Origin: Rhodothermales bacterium
GTDB taxonomy: Bacteria; Bacteroidota; Rhodothermia; Rhodothermales; JAWWAN01
Reading direction: 5' to 3'
Length of the DNA stretch: 25,864 nt
Assembly (NCBI GenBank): GCA_033721675.1
Contig: JAWWAN010000001.1
Coordinates: 1-25,864, forward strand
Each line of letters starts with the position of its first letter. Position 1 is the first letter of the stretch. This document shows positions 1 through 9,352 of this stretch, in pieces. The notes under the pieces were generated by a model. That model ran no database searches, was not told the DNA's origin, and was given only the letters and a program-made list of their open reading frames with translations. Position numbers and translations under genes: made by a program.

Positions 1-1
1 C

Positions 2-1684
2 CTGCTGGCCGTCCTCGCGCTGCGCGTGGGCTACGTGCAGGTGCTCAAGGTGGACGACTGGATCGTCCGGCCCGCGCTCGTGGAGCAGGCGGACGGGCAG
101 CGCGGCTTCGCCTACAACCCCCGCATCCGCCTCGCCCTCGACCGCATCCGGCTGGGTACGCTCTACGACCGCCACGGCATCCCGCTGGCCACGAGCGACC
201 GCGCCGCGCTCACCGACACACTCGGCGCCTTCGGGCTGGACGTAGAGACGCTGCGCCGCAGCGACCAGGAGCGCGTCTATCCCTTCGGGCCGCTCACGTT
301 CTACCTGCTGGGCGATTACAACCCGACCCGCACCCGCTGGGGCGACCCGCGCGGGTTCTACGCCGAGCGCCGCTTCCTCTCCTACCTGCGCGGCTACGAC
401 AACCGCCCGGACCGCGACCGGGGCGTCAACTACGCCTTCGAGCTGCCCGACCCGGATGACCCGGACGAGACCTACGTGGTCAGCTACTACGACTACCGGG
501 AGCTGGTACCCTACCTGCGCGCCGGCCTGGACAGCCGGAAGGCGCGCCGGTTCTTCGAGGCCAAGCGGGACTACCGCCTCACCATCGACATCGCCCTGCA
601 GCAGCGCGTGGCCGAGGCCATCCGCGCCGAGGTGGGGCGGCGGCCGGAGCTGCAGGGCCGCTACATCTCCGCCGTCGTCCTCGACGCCGGCACCGGCGAG
701 GTGCTGGCCTCCGTCACCTACCCGCTGCCCGAAGACCTCGAAGCGGCGGCCGGCGACGATCAGATCTTCGACCATGCCCTCTACGCCAACAAGCCGCCGG
801 GCTCGACGTTCAAGCTCGCCACGGCCATGGCCGCCTTCCGCGCGATGGGCGACGAGGCCGCCGCCTGGCGCACCAGCGTCAGCCCCGGCACCCGCTTCAT
901 GCGGCGCGGAGGCCCTACCGGGACGGTAGACATGGGCCTCGCCATCGAGAACTCCAGCAACGTCTACTTCGGGCGGCTCGCCCAGGAGGTCGGCGCCGAG
1001 GAGATGCTCAACGTGATGGAGGCCGTCGGCGCGCAGCACGGCTTCGGGCAGCCGTCGCGGCAGGCGCTCGTCGAAGACATTACGCGGTACACGAACCTGG
1101 AGCAGGCCGGCTTCGGGCAGGGGCGCGTCATCGCCAGCCCGCTCGCCATCGCGCGCCTCTCGGCCATCGTCGCTAACGGCGGCGTGCTGCCGCCCACCCG
1201 CTGGCTCCTCACCCCGGACGACTCGCTCGCCACCGGCGGCCTCTCAGACAGCACCGAGCAGCGCATCATCACGCCGGCGCAGGCCCAGACGCTGGGGCGC
1301 TACATGCGCGACGTCGTCGTCGGGCCGCGCGGCACCGCCCGCCGCCTCGGCGCCCTCTCGATGCCCGTGGCGGGCAAGACCGGCACGGCCGAGCAGGATA
1401 TCTTCGAGGGCGGCCGCAACCTCGGCCGCGTCACGCACGCCTGGTTCACCGGCTTCGGGCCCTACCGCGAGCGGCCTTCGGGCGAGCGGCAGATCGCCGT
1501 GGCGGTGCTCGTCGAGAGCGGCCGCGACGACCTCCGGCGGGACCGCCTCAGCGGCGGCCGCGACGCCGGCCCCATCGCCGGCGCCCTCTTCGAAGCCGCC
1601 GCCGACCTCGGCCTCATCCGGCGCGATTCTACCGCCGCCCCGCGCGCGGGGCGCCCCGCACCTGACCTCCTGAACGATGACTGA
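2..1684 (+). CDS. Class B penicillin-binding protein / transpeptidase (PbpA/FtsI-like), 5' truncated by window edge
   Basis: Frame open from base 2 (LLAVLALRVGYVQ, hydrophobic). All three transpeptidase motifs present: GSTFK (SxxK), SSN (SxN), KTGTAE (KTG), plus AWFTGF. GTLYDRHG resembles the pedestal-domain start. Confidence 0.9.
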   Translation: MLAVLALRVGYVQVLKVDDWIVRPALVEQADGQRGFAYNPRIRLALDRIRLGTLYDRHGIPLATSDRAALTDTLGAFGLDVETLRRSDQERVYPFGPLTFYLLGDYNPTRTRWGDPRGFYAERRFLSYLRGYDNRPDRDRGVNYAFELPDPDDPDETYVVSYYDYRELVPYLRAGLDSRKARRFFEAKRDYRLTIDIALQQRVAEAIRAEVGRRPELQGRYISAVVLDAGTGEVLASVTYPLPEDLEAAAGDDQIFDHALYANKPPGSTFKLATAMAAFRAMGDEAAAWRTSVSPGTRFMRRGGPTGTVDMGLAIENSSNVYFGRLAQEVGAEEMLNVMEAVGAQHGFGQPSRQALVEDITRYTNLEQAGFGQGRVIASPLAIARLSAIVANGGVLPPTRWLLTPDDSLATGGLSDSTEQRIITPAQAQTLGRYMRDVVVGPRGTARRLGALSMPVAGKTGTAEQDIFEGGRNLGRVTHAWFTGFGPYRERPSGERQIAVAVLVESGRDDLRRDRLSGGRDAGPIAGALFEAAADLGLIRRDSTAAPRAGRPAPDLLNDD

Positions 1685-2579
1685 CCCCGACGCCTCCTTC
1701 CCCGACGCCCCGCAGCCGGATCCGCCCGGCCCCGCCGGCGCCCCGACCCCGGCCCAGGGCGGCCGGCGCGGCGGCCTGCTGCAACGCCTCTTCGGCCCCG
1801 AGGACGAGCGCGACCTCACGCCGCTGGAGATCCGCACGCGCCTGCTCGACGCGGTCGTCCGCACCCTGGAGCCCTACCGGGGCAGCGCGGTGCCGTTCAA
1901 CCGGCTGGTGGTGCACGTGCTGGCCCCTATCCAGCAGGACCGGGCGCGGTACGAGGCCGCCGTCGGAGAGATGGAGCCGCGCTTCGACGTGGCCGTCCGC
2001 CAGCGCCTTACCGAAGCCGGGTTTTCGCTGCCGAAGGGGTTGCCGGTGGAGCACGCGGTCTACAGCGAGGCGCCCGAGGCGCTGCGGCCCGCCTTCGACA
2101 AGTACGGCCCGCTCTACGTGGAGCCGAAGACGACGGCGCCGGAGACCCACGCCCGCCTGGAGATCCGGCGGGGCCGGGCCGAGCGCCAGACCTACGAGAT
2201 CGGCGGCGCGCGGCGCGTCAACGTCGGGCGGATGCAGCAGGTGGCCGACGAGCGCACCCGCGTCTTCCGCCGCAACGACGTCGCCTTCCTCGACCCATCG
2301 GACGGCACCCTCAGCGACGACGAGCGCGCCGTCAACCAGACCATCTCGCGCGAGCACGCCCACCTGACGTTCGATGCGCAGGCGGGCCACTTCCTCTGGC
2401 ACAACGAGAAGGGCAGCACCGCCATCAACCGAGACAGCTACGCGCGCCCGATGCCGGTGGGGGCCCAGCCCGTACCGCTGGAAGACGGCGACGAGCTGTA
2501 CCTGGGCCAGGCCTGTGTGGTCTTCCGCCTCGGGCGGGCAGACGGCGGCCCGCCGGGCACAGACGCCCCGCCGTCCTGA
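1677..2579 (+). CDS. FHA-domain protein with FhaA/DUF3662-like N-terminal region
   Basis: C-terminal FHA signatures [24 protein letters not shown]. The ATG overlaps the PBP stop by 8 bp (ATGACTGA). The N-terminal assignment is recalled similarity only. Confidence 0.8.
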   Translation: MTDPDASFPDAPQPDPPGPAGAPTPAQGGRRGGLLQRLFGPEDERDLTPLEIRTRLLDAVVRTLEPYRGSAVPFNRLVVHVLAPIQQDRARYEAAVGEMEPRFDVAVRQRLTEAGFSLPKGLPVEHAVYSEAPEALRPAFDKYGPLYVEPKTTAPETHARLEIRRGRAERQTYEIGGARRVNVGRMQQVADERTRVFRRNDVAFLDPSDGTLSDDERAVNQTISREHAHLTFDAQAGHFLWHNEKGSTAINRDSYARPMPVGAQPVPLEDGDELYLGQACVVFRLGRADGGPPGTDAPPS

Positions 2580-2623
2580 GCGAGGCGCGCTCCAGCCGGA
2601 ACCGGGTTTCTCAGCGCGGGCGT

Positions 2624-2652
2624 TTGATGCAGACGCCCGCGCTGTGTAGTTT
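2624..2652 (+). promoter_or_regulatory. Sigma70-type promoter for tRNA-Ser
   Basis: TTGATG (2624-2629), 17 nt spacer, TAGTTT (2647-2652), about 30 nt upstream of the tRNA. Confidence 0.6.
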
Positions 2653-2681
2653 GGGGCGCCCCGGCCTGCACCGGCCGGCAC

Positions 2682-2766
2682 GGAGGGGTGGCAGAGTGGT
2701 CGAATGCACTGGTCTTGAAAACCAGCGTGCCGCGAGGCACCGGGGGTTCGAATCCCTCCCCCTCCG
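2682..2766 (+). tRNA. tRNA-Ser (anticodon UGA)
   Basis: Acceptor stem GGAGGGG/CCCCTCC; D-loop with GG; anticodon arm CTGGT-CTTGAAA-ACCAG (TGA 2716-2718); long variable arm GTGCC-GCGA-GGCAC; T-loop TTCGAAT; discriminator G. CCA is not encoded. Confidence 0.97.
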
Positions 2767-2845
2767 CATCCTCGCCACGTGGAATGACCCCGCGCTCCGG
2801 GCCGTCCAACGGGTAGGGCAGCGGCGCCGAGGCGCGTCATCGGTT

Positions 2846-2873
2846 TGTAACAATCCGGCCGGCGCTGCGTCTA
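2846..2873 (+). promoter_or_regulatory. Candidate ECF sigma promoter for the efflux operon
   Basis: TGTAAC (2846-2851), 16 nt spacer, CGTCTA (2868-2873). This matches the ECF AAC/CGT(C) architecture and lies about 50 nt upstream of the TolC ATG. Confidence 0.55.
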
Positions 2874-2924
2874 CCCTGCCGTTTCCGCCCACCGCTACTC
2901 CCGAGAGCCGTTTCCCCCGTTCCC

Positions 2925-4298
2925 ATGACCGCGTTGCACCCCTCTCTCCGGCTGTTCGCGTCGATGGTGTTGCTGGCCGCGCTGGCGGCCGCCCCCGCCC
3001 GGGCGCAGCAGGCCCGCACCATCACGTTCGACGAAGCCATCCGCATCGCCCTGGAACAGAACTACGGGCTGAAGCGCTCGGCCAATGCCGTCGCCCTGCA
3101 ATCCATCGACGCCGCGCGCGAGCGCAATGACTTCCTGCCCAGCCTCACGCTCTCGTCCAACGGGCGGCAGAGCTACGGGCGCACGTTCAGCCAGGAAGAC
3201 CTGGAGTTCGTCAACGAGACCACCGAGTCGTTCAGCGCGAGCGTCAACACGGGCGTCAACCTGTTCAACGGCTTCGCGGACGTCGCCTCGCTGCAGCGCG
3301 CTCGCTACGCGCTCGAAGCCAGCGACCTCGACTACGAGCGCCAGCGCCAGACCGTCGTCTTCCAGGTGATGTCCAACTACCTGGACCTGATCCAGCGGCG
3401 GGAGCAGGTGGTGATCCAGGAAGAGAACCTGGCGGCGCAGCGGCAGCTGCTGGCCCAGATCGAGGAGTTCGTCCGGGTCGGCTCGCGGCCGATGTCCGAT
3501 CAGTTCCAGCAGCAGGCCAACACAGCGAATGCCGAGCTGGCGCTGCTCCAGGCGCGGCGGCTGGCCCAGCTCGCCGAGGTCGCCCTCATCCAGGTGCTCC
3601 AGCTCGACCCCATCGGCGTCTACCAGTTCACCGTGCCCGAGATCGACGAGGCGGCGCTCGTGCCGGAGACCTACTCGGTGCCGAGCCTGCTCGAGACGGC
3701 GTTCAACCAGCGCCTCGACCTCCAGGCCCAGCAGGTCTCCATCCGGGCCGCCGAGGAGGGGATCCGCGTGGCGCGGTCCTCGATGTGGCCGTCGCTCGGC
3801 CTCAACTTCGGCTACGGGACGGGCTGGAACAGCCAGTTCCGCATCGCCGGCGAGCCGGTGCCCCTCTTCGATCAGTTCGACCAGCAGCGCGGCGGCTCGG
3901 TCAGCCTCAGCCTCTCGATGCCGATCTTCGACCGGTTCGCCACGCGGACGAGCGTCCAGCAGGCCCGCGTGCAGTTCGAGAACGCCCGCCTCGACCTCGA
4001 AAACCTGCAGCAGGACGTCGCGCTCCAGGTCCGGCAGGCCTACCTCGACTATCTCACCGACGAGCTGCGGCTGGACGTGACCGAGGCCCAGCTGCGCGCT
4101 GCCGAGCAGGCCCTGGAGGCCGAGCAGGAGCGCTACAACGTCGGCGCCTCGACGCTCGTCGAGCTCTCCCAGACGCGCGCCAGCTTCGTGCAGGCGCAGA
4201 GCGACCGCGCGGACGCCGTCTACAGCTTCCTCTTCCGCAAGCGGCTCCTCGAGTATTACCTCGGCGTGCTCGACCCCGCCCGCCGGCTCTTCGAATAG
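2925..4298 (+). CDS. TolC-family outer membrane efflux protein
   Basis: Signal peptide ending ARA-Q; [14 protein letters not shown]; two OEP-like halves; [15 protein letters not shown]; C-terminal LLEYYLG. Confidence 0.92.
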   Translation: MTALHPSLRLFASMVLLAALAAAPARAQQARTITFDEAIRIALEQNYGLKRSANAVALQSIDAARERNDFLPSLTLSSNGRQSYGRTFSQEDLEFVNETTESFSASVNTGVNLFNGFADVASLQRARYALEASDLDYERQRQTVVFQVMSNYLDLIQRREQVVIQEENLAAQRQLLAQIEEFVRVGSRPMSDQFQQQANTANAELALLQARRLAQLAEVALIQVLQLDPIGVYQFTVPEIDEAALVPETYSVPSLLETAFNQRLDLQAQQVSIRAAEEGIRVARSSMWPSLGLNFGYGTGWNSQFRIAGEPVPLFDQFDQQRGGSVSLSLSMPIFDRFATRTSVQQARVQFENARLDLENLQQDVALQVRQAYLDYLTDELRLDVTEAQLRAAEQALEAEQERYNVGASTLVELSQTRASFVQAQSDRADAVYSFLFRKRLLEYYLGVLDPARRLFE

Positions 4299-4352
4299 CG
4301 TTTCCGCCGCGCGGCGCTTCCTCCCCCGGCCCTCGCGAACCCCACTCGCTCG

Positions 4353-5723
4353 ATGAATCAGAAAAAAAGCACGAACCGCAAGCTCTTCTACCTGCTCGGT
4401 GGTCTGGCCCTGCTCCTCGTCGTGGTGCTCGTCGTCGGTGCCCTCGCCTTCGGCGGTCGCAGCGACGGCATCCCGGTGGAGACGGCCCGCGCCGAGGTGC
4501 GCACCGTCACGCAGGTCGTCACGGCCTCGGGCAAGGTGCAGCCCGAAGTGGAGGTCATCATCAGCCCGGACGTCTCGGGCGAGGTCATCCAGCTTCCGAT
4601 CCAGGAAGGCGACCAGGTGAAGCGGGGCGCGTTGCTGGCCCGCATCAAGCCCGACTTCTACACCGCCCAGGTGGAGCAGGCCGAGGCCAACGTCATGCAG
4701 AACCGGGCCGTGATGGAGCAGCGGCGGGCCGACCTGCTGGGCGCCGAGGCCGAGCTGAAGCGCCAGCAGAGCCTCTTCGAGCGGAACGTGATCTCGGCCA
4801 GCGCCATCGAGCAGGTGCGCACGCAGTACGCGATTGCCAAGGCCGCCTTCGACGCCGCCCAGTTCTCCGTCGAGAGCAGCCAGGCGCGCCTGCGGGAGGC
4901 CCGCGAGCAGCTCGGCAAGACCGCCCTCTACGCCCCGATGGACGGGACCGTGAGCAAGCTCAACGTGGAGCTGGGCGAGCGCGTGGTGGGCACCAGCCAG
5001 ATGGCCGGCACCGAGATGATGCGCATCGCCCGGCTCGACCAGATGGAGCTGGAGGTGGACGTCAACGAGAACGACGTCGTCAACGTCTCGCTCGGCGACA
5101 CGTCCGCCATCGAGATCGACGCCTACCCGGAGCAGGTCTTTCGCGGGGTCGTCACCGAGATCGCCAACTCGGCGCGCGTCACGGCCGCCGGCACGCAGGA
5201 GCAGGTGACCAACTTCCCCATCAAGATCCGCATCCTCGACCCCCACAACCTCGACGCCCGCGTGGCCGAGGGGGGCGCCGCCGCCGACCTCGGGCAGGAG
5301 CTGCCCGTCGTCCTCGAAGACTTCCCCCGCTTCCGGCCCGGCATGAGCGGCACCGTAGACATCTTCACCAAGTCCGTCGAAGACGTCGTCTCCGTGCCCA
5401 TCCAGGCCGTCACCGTGCGCGACTTCAACCAGATCCGGGAGAAGGAGGACGCCGACTCCACCGACGCCATGCCGGCCGTGCCGGCGATGGCCGCCGAGGA
5501 CCTCCGCAAGGTGATCTTCATCCTGGAAGACGGCGAGGCCGTGGTGCGCGAGGTGGAGACGGGCATCGCCGACGACCGATTCATCGAGATCAAGAGCGGC
5601 GTGGAGGCCGGCGCGACGGTCATCATCGGGCCGTACCGGGTGGTCAGCCGTACGCTGGAGCCTGGCCAGGCCGTCGAAGAAGACACGCCGGGCCGTCGCC
5701 GCGGCGGCCCGCCGTCCTCCTAG
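4353..5723 (+). CDS. Efflux periplasmic adaptor (MacA/HlyD-like membrane fusion protein)
   Basis: N-terminal TM anchor; VTASGKVQP; lipoyl halves [22 protein letters not shown] and YAPMDGTV; coiled-coil hairpin; [11 protein letters not shown]; VPIQAV. Confidence 0.92.
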   Translation: MNQKKSTNRKLFYLLGGLALLLVVVLVVGALAFGGRSDGIPVETARAEVRTVTQVVTASGKVQPEVEVIISPDVSGEVIQLPIQEGDQVKRGALLARIKPDFYTAQVEQAEANVMQNRAVMEQRRADLLGAEAELKRQQSLFERNVISASAIEQVRTQYAIAKAAFDAAQFSVESSQARLREAREQLGKTALYAPMDGTVSKLNVELGERVVGTSQMAGTEMMRIARLDQMELEVDVNENDVVNVSLGDTSAIEIDAYPEQVFRGVVTEIANSARVTAAGTQEQVTNFPIKIRILDPHNLDARVAEGGAAADLGQELPVVLEDFPRFRPGMSGTVDIFTKSVEDVVSVPIQAVTVRDFNQIREKEDADSTDAMPAVPAMAAEDLRKVIFILEDGEAVVREVETGIADDRFIEIKSGVEAGATVIIGPYRVVSRTLEPGQAVEEDTPGRRRGGPPSS

Positions 5724-5762
5724 CACGCCGCACCGCGTGTGCAGCGCAACGGTCGGACCCTC

Positions 5763-5810
5763 GACCTTCCGACTTCCAGCCCTTCCGACGTTCAGCCCTC
5801 CAGCCCTTCG
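5763..5810 (+). repeat. Degenerate 8-bp tandem repeat (6 units)
   Basis: GACCTTCC GACTTCCA GCCCTTCC GACGTTCA GCCCTCCA GCCCTTCG, immediately before the ATG at 5813. Confidence 0.7.
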
Positions 5811-5812
5811 CC

Positions 5813-6547
5813 ATGGAAGCCACCCCGGACCGTCCGCTGATCCAGTTGCGGGACGTGACGAAGATCTACGAGATGGGGAAGACGGAGGTGCGCGCGCTCG
5901 CCGGCGTCTCGCTGGACGTGTACCCGAACGAGTACGTGGCCGTGATGGGGCCGTCGGGCTCGGGAAAGTCGACCATGATGAACATCATCGGGTGCCTGGA
6001 TACGCCCAGCGGCGGCACGTACCACCTGCGCGGCCACAACGTGGGCGATATGGGCGACGACGCCCTCGCCCAGATCCGCAACCGGGAGGTGGGCTTCGTC
6101 TTTCAGACCTTCAACCTGCTGCCCCGCGTCAACTGCCTGCAGAACGTGGAGCTGCCGCTGATCTACTCGGGCCGGAGCCGGAGCCAGCGCCGCGACCTGG
6201 CCGCGCGGGCGCTGGAGAGCGTCGGCCTGGGCGACCGGATGACGCACAAGCCGAACGAACTCTCGGGCGGCCAGCGGCAGCGCGTGGCCGTGGCGCGGGC
6301 GCTCGTCAACGACCCCTCGCTGATCCTGGCCGATGAGCCCACGGGCAACCTCGACAGCCGCACCGGCGAGGAGATCATGCTCCTCTTCGAGGCGCTCTAC
6401 CGGCGCGGCAACACGCTGATGGTGGTCACGCACGAGGAAGACATCGCCCGCCATGCCCGCCGCATCGTCCGCCTCCGCGACGGGCTCATCGAGAGCGACG
6501 TGCGGGTCGAGAATCCCGTCCTCGCCACCGCAGCGGTCGAGGGCTGA
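5813..6547 (+). CDS. ABC transporter ATP-binding protein (MacB/LolD-type NBD, no permease domain)
   Basis: Walker [11 protein letters not shown]-loop VFQTFNL, signature LSGGQRQR, Walker [13 protein letters not shown]-loop VTH. Start reassigned to ATG 5813 within the 3785..6547 ORF. Confidence 0.95.
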   Translation: MEATPDRPLIQLRDVTKIYEMGKTEVRALAGVSLDVYPNEYVAVMGPSGSGKSTMMNIIGCLDTPSGGTYHLRGHNVGDMGDDALAQIRNREVGFVFQTFNLLPRVNCLQNVELPLIYSGRSRSQRRDLAARALESVGLGDRMTHKPNELSGGQRQRVAVARALVNDPSLILADEPTGNLDSRTGEEIMLLFEALYRRGNTLMVVTHEEDIARHARRIVRLRDGLIESDVRVENPVLATAAVEG

Positions 6548-6571
6548 CCCGGCCGCCCGCCCCCGGCGCGC

Positions 6572-7048
6572 TCAGCGCTCGGTGCAGCGGTAGGCTTCGG
6601 TCTGGTGCGTGAAGTGGACCGGGGCGGGGATGCGGGCCATGCGGACGGCCTGGAAGACCACGGCTCCGCCCATCGTCGGGATGCAGTCGTAGCCGGGCGT
6701 CGAGAGGATGTAGGCCGCCGTCAGGCTGTCTCCGCCCGCCCGCTCGACGGTCTCGAACTCGATGCTGTAGCCCCCGGAGGGCACGGGCACGGCCGCCAGC
6801 AGCACCATCTCCTGGGCGAAGTCGACGGAGTCGAACGGCTGGAGGGGGCGGAGCGAATCGCGGTAGGCGGCCCACGTGGCGGCGTCGCGGATGGCGACCT
6901 CGGTGGTGTCCAGCGAGGCGCGCAGGCCGCGCCCGACGACCTCGAAGGCGAAGGCCTCGGCGAGCGTCACCTCCGGCACGTCGGCTTCCGGCAGGCAGCC
7001 GGGAAGGGTGAGGGCGGCGAGCAGCAGGGGCAGGAAGCGACGGGGCAC
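6572..7048 (-). CDS. Putative lipoprotein, PrcB C-terminal domain family
   Basis: Probable GTG start 7048 gives RRFLPLLLAALTLPGC (signal with Cys, imperfect lipobox). VDFAQEMVLLAAVPVPSGGYSIEF resembles PrcB_C. Confidence 0.65.
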   Translation of the reverse strand: MPRRFLPLLLAALTLPGCLPEADVPEVTLAEAFAFEVVGRGLRASLDTTEVAIRDAATWAAYRDSLRPLQPFDSVDFAQEMVLLAAVPVPSGGYSIEFETVERAGGDSLTAAYILSTPGYDCIPTMGGAVVFQAVRMARIPAPVHFTHQTEAYRCTER

Positions 7049-7091
7049 AGGCGCGGCGCGGGCGGTGAGCGGGGCCGGAGCGGGCCGCGTG

Positions 7092-9059
7092 CTAGGCCGC
7101 CCCGTTCGTCTGGAGCGCTGAACCCCTGAATCCGTCTCCTGTTTCTGCCACGGGCCGGCGGCGTGCCGGGGCCCCGGCGGCGTGGCGGCGCGGTAGCGAC
7201 ACCGTGAAGCGGCTGCCACGCCCCTTGCGGCTCTGCACGTCGATGGTGCCGCCGAGCGCGTCGACGAGGCGGTGCGTGATGGCGAGGCCGAGGCCCGCGC
7301 CCTCGTGGCTCCGCGTCAGCCCGGCGGATTCCTGCCGGAACTCGTCGAAGAGGTAAGGCATGAAGGCCGGGTCGATGCCGGCGCCGGTGTCGGTGACGCC
7401 GAGGTGGAACCGCCGCGCCTCGGCCTTGAGCGCGACGGTCACCTCGCCCTCCTCGGTGAACTTGACCGCGTTGCCGATCAGGTTGGACAGGATCCGGTGG
7501 AGGAAGGCGACGTCCGTGACGGCGTGCACCGGCAGGGCCGGCGCGTCGAGGTGCAGCGCGAGGTTCTTCTGCCGGGCCAGCGGCTCGAAGAGGCGCACGG
7601 CCTGCGCCACCTCTGCGCTCACGTCGGCGGGGCCGAGGGTGGGCTGGAGCTGCCCGGCCTCGAAGCGGGCCAGGTCCAGCACGGCATTCAGCGTCTGGAG
7701 CAGCCGCTGGCTGTTGTCTTCGATGATCCGTACGAAGTCGAGCTGGGCCTCGGGCACCTCGTCGGCCAGGATCGCGGCATAGCCCAGGATGGCCGTCAGC
7801 GGCGTCCGGATCTCGTGGCTCATGTTGGTGAAGAAGGCGGCCTTGGTGCGGGCCATCTCCTCGGCCTCCTCCTTGGCTACGATCAACTCGGCCTCGAACC
7901 GCTTGCGCGAGGTGATGTCGCGGGCCGCGGCGGTGAAGAGGCGGCGCGGCCCGATGGGCGTCGCCTGCACGTAGATCTCGATCGGGAAGGGCGAGCCGTC
8001 GCTGCGCCGGCTCTCGAACTCGACCCGCCGCCCCAGAAACGGCGCCATCCCCTTGGTGACGGCCTGCGGGTGCGTCGTGCGGACGGGCAGCGGCAGCAGC
8101 ACCGTGAAGGGCCGCCCGAGGACCTCGTGGCGCGGATAGCCCCAGATCTGCTCCACCTCGCGGTTGGCGAGCACGACGAGCCCCTGCTCGTCGAACGTCA
8201 GGATGGCGTCGCCGACGGCGTCGAGCACGGCCTGGAGCTGCCCGACCGATTCGAGCGCGGCGCTCTCGGCGGTGCGGAGGGCGCCCTGGGTCGCTTCGAG
8301 GGCCTGCTCGCGGGCCTGCAACTGCCGGCTGTGGCGCAGCCGCTGCAGGCGTCGCTCGTCGAGCAGGTGCTCGGGCAGCAGGTGGATGACGGCCGTGAAC
8401 GTGTCGAGGGATTCGTAGCGCCGGGCGAGCGTCGCATAGGCGGCGTCGTAGAGGGCCGGGGCGGCTTCGGGGAGGTGGCTTTCGAGGTGGCGGTAGAGCA
8501 GGTGCGCGAGGCGCCGCAGCAGCACGGTCCAGGCCGCATCGTCGGCGGGCAGCCGGTCTGCCAGGTCGAGGGGGACGGGCGTGGTGACAGCATCCGGCGC
8601 GCCGGCCAACCAGGCATCGATCTCGCAGAGGGGGGTGGTTCCGCCTTCGAGGAGCGGCAGGGCTCGTGCGAGCACGTCGCGGAGCAGATCGCGGCACAGC
8701 AGCACCTCCTGCCGCCCGGGCGCTTCGAAGACGAGCTGAAAGCCGGGATCCTCGAGGACGTCGGCGAAGCGCAGACGGAGGTGTCGCCGCAGCGCCTCGC
8801 GGGAGAGGGGTGGGTGAGGGGCCAGCTCGGTGAGGTACTGCTCGAAGAGCAGGTAGAGCGCCGGAAGCTCCTCGGCCTGGGCCTCCGGCGGGCGGGCCTG
8901 GAAGCGCTCCGCAGCCGCCAGCAGGGCGCGCGCGCGGGCGGGATCGTTCAGCTGTTCGACGAGGAACGCGGCCAGCGCGGCTGCCGGCGTCTTCGGGGCC
9001 GGAGCCCCGCCGCGCAGACCGCGCAGGCCGTCGATCATCCGTCGGAGCCATCCTTGCAT
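7092..9059 (-). CDS. PAS-domain sensor histidine kinase with uncharacterised soluble N-terminal domain
   Basis: PAS (DAILTFDEQGLVVLANREVEQIWGY...); H-box NMSHEIRTPL; N-box NLIGNAVKFT; G1 DTGAGI; F-box LFDEFRQ; G2 GAGLGLAI. Start taken as ATG 9059; 9038 is an alternative. Confidence 0.92.
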   Translation of the reverse strand: MQGWLRRMIDGLRGLRGGAPAPKTPAAALAAFLVEQLNDPARARALLAAAERFQARPPEAQAEELPALYLLFEQYLTELAPHPPLSREALRRHLRLRFADVLEDPGFQLVFEAPGRQEVLLCRDLLRDVLARALPLLEGGTTPLCEIDAWLAGAPDAVTTPVPLDLADRLPADDAAWTVLLRRLAHLLYRHLESHLPEAAPALYDAAYATLARRYESLDTFTAVIHLLPEHLLDERRLQRLRHSRQLQAREQALEATQGALRTAESAALESVGQLQAVLDAVGDAILTFDEQGLVVLANREVEQIWGYPRHEVLGRPFTVLLPLPVRTTHPQAVTKGMAPFLGRRVEFESRRSDGSPFPIEIYVQATPIGPRRLFTAAARDITSRKRFEAELIVAKEEAEEMARTKAAFFTNMSHEIRTPLTAILGYAAILADEVPEAQLDFVRIIEDNSQRLLQTLNAVLDLARFEAGQLQPTLGPADVSAEVAQAVRLFEPLARQKNLALHLDAPALPVHAVTDVAFLHRILSNLIGNAVKFTEEGEVTVALKAEARRFHLGVTDTGAGIDPAFMPYLFDEFRQESAGLTRSHEGAGLGLAITHRLVDALGGTIDVQSRKGRGSRFTVSLPRRHAAGAPARRRPVAETGDGFRGSALQTNGAA

Positions 9060-9352
9060 CACGTGTCGGGGGCCATACTCGGCGAGGGGGCAGGGGAAGG
9101 CAGCGTGCGCGGCGCAGGCAGGGCACCTGCAAACGAAAGGCGCCGCGCGGTCGGTACGGTGGCGTACCCTTCGGGAAAATCGCGAGCGAGGGCGGCGGGC
9201 GGGGTCGGATTCTGCGCACGCCGCATGGGGAATGACTTCTCGTTCTAAGGATCGGTGCGTACGGGTGGCACTTAACCCGGCGGCGAACCCGCGTCGTACG
9301 GCCGGCGTTGGCGTGGCCCGGGTCCATCCCACTCATCTCCCCGCGTGCTGCG

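Noticed and set aside
2682-2780. tRNA-Ser as an integration site or island boundary
   Set aside because: No duplicate of the tRNA 3' end, no integrase and no composition shift seen in the window.
2811-2876. Imperfect long hairpin GGGTAG...CTACCC downstream of the tRNA
   Set aside because: Bulged, GC-only pairing with no U-tract; not distinguishable from chance. The promoter reading was preferred.
3785-5812. Apparent 676-aa N-terminal extension of the ABC ATPase
   Set aside because: Out-of-frame overlap with TolC and adaptor genes; the real start is ATG 5813.
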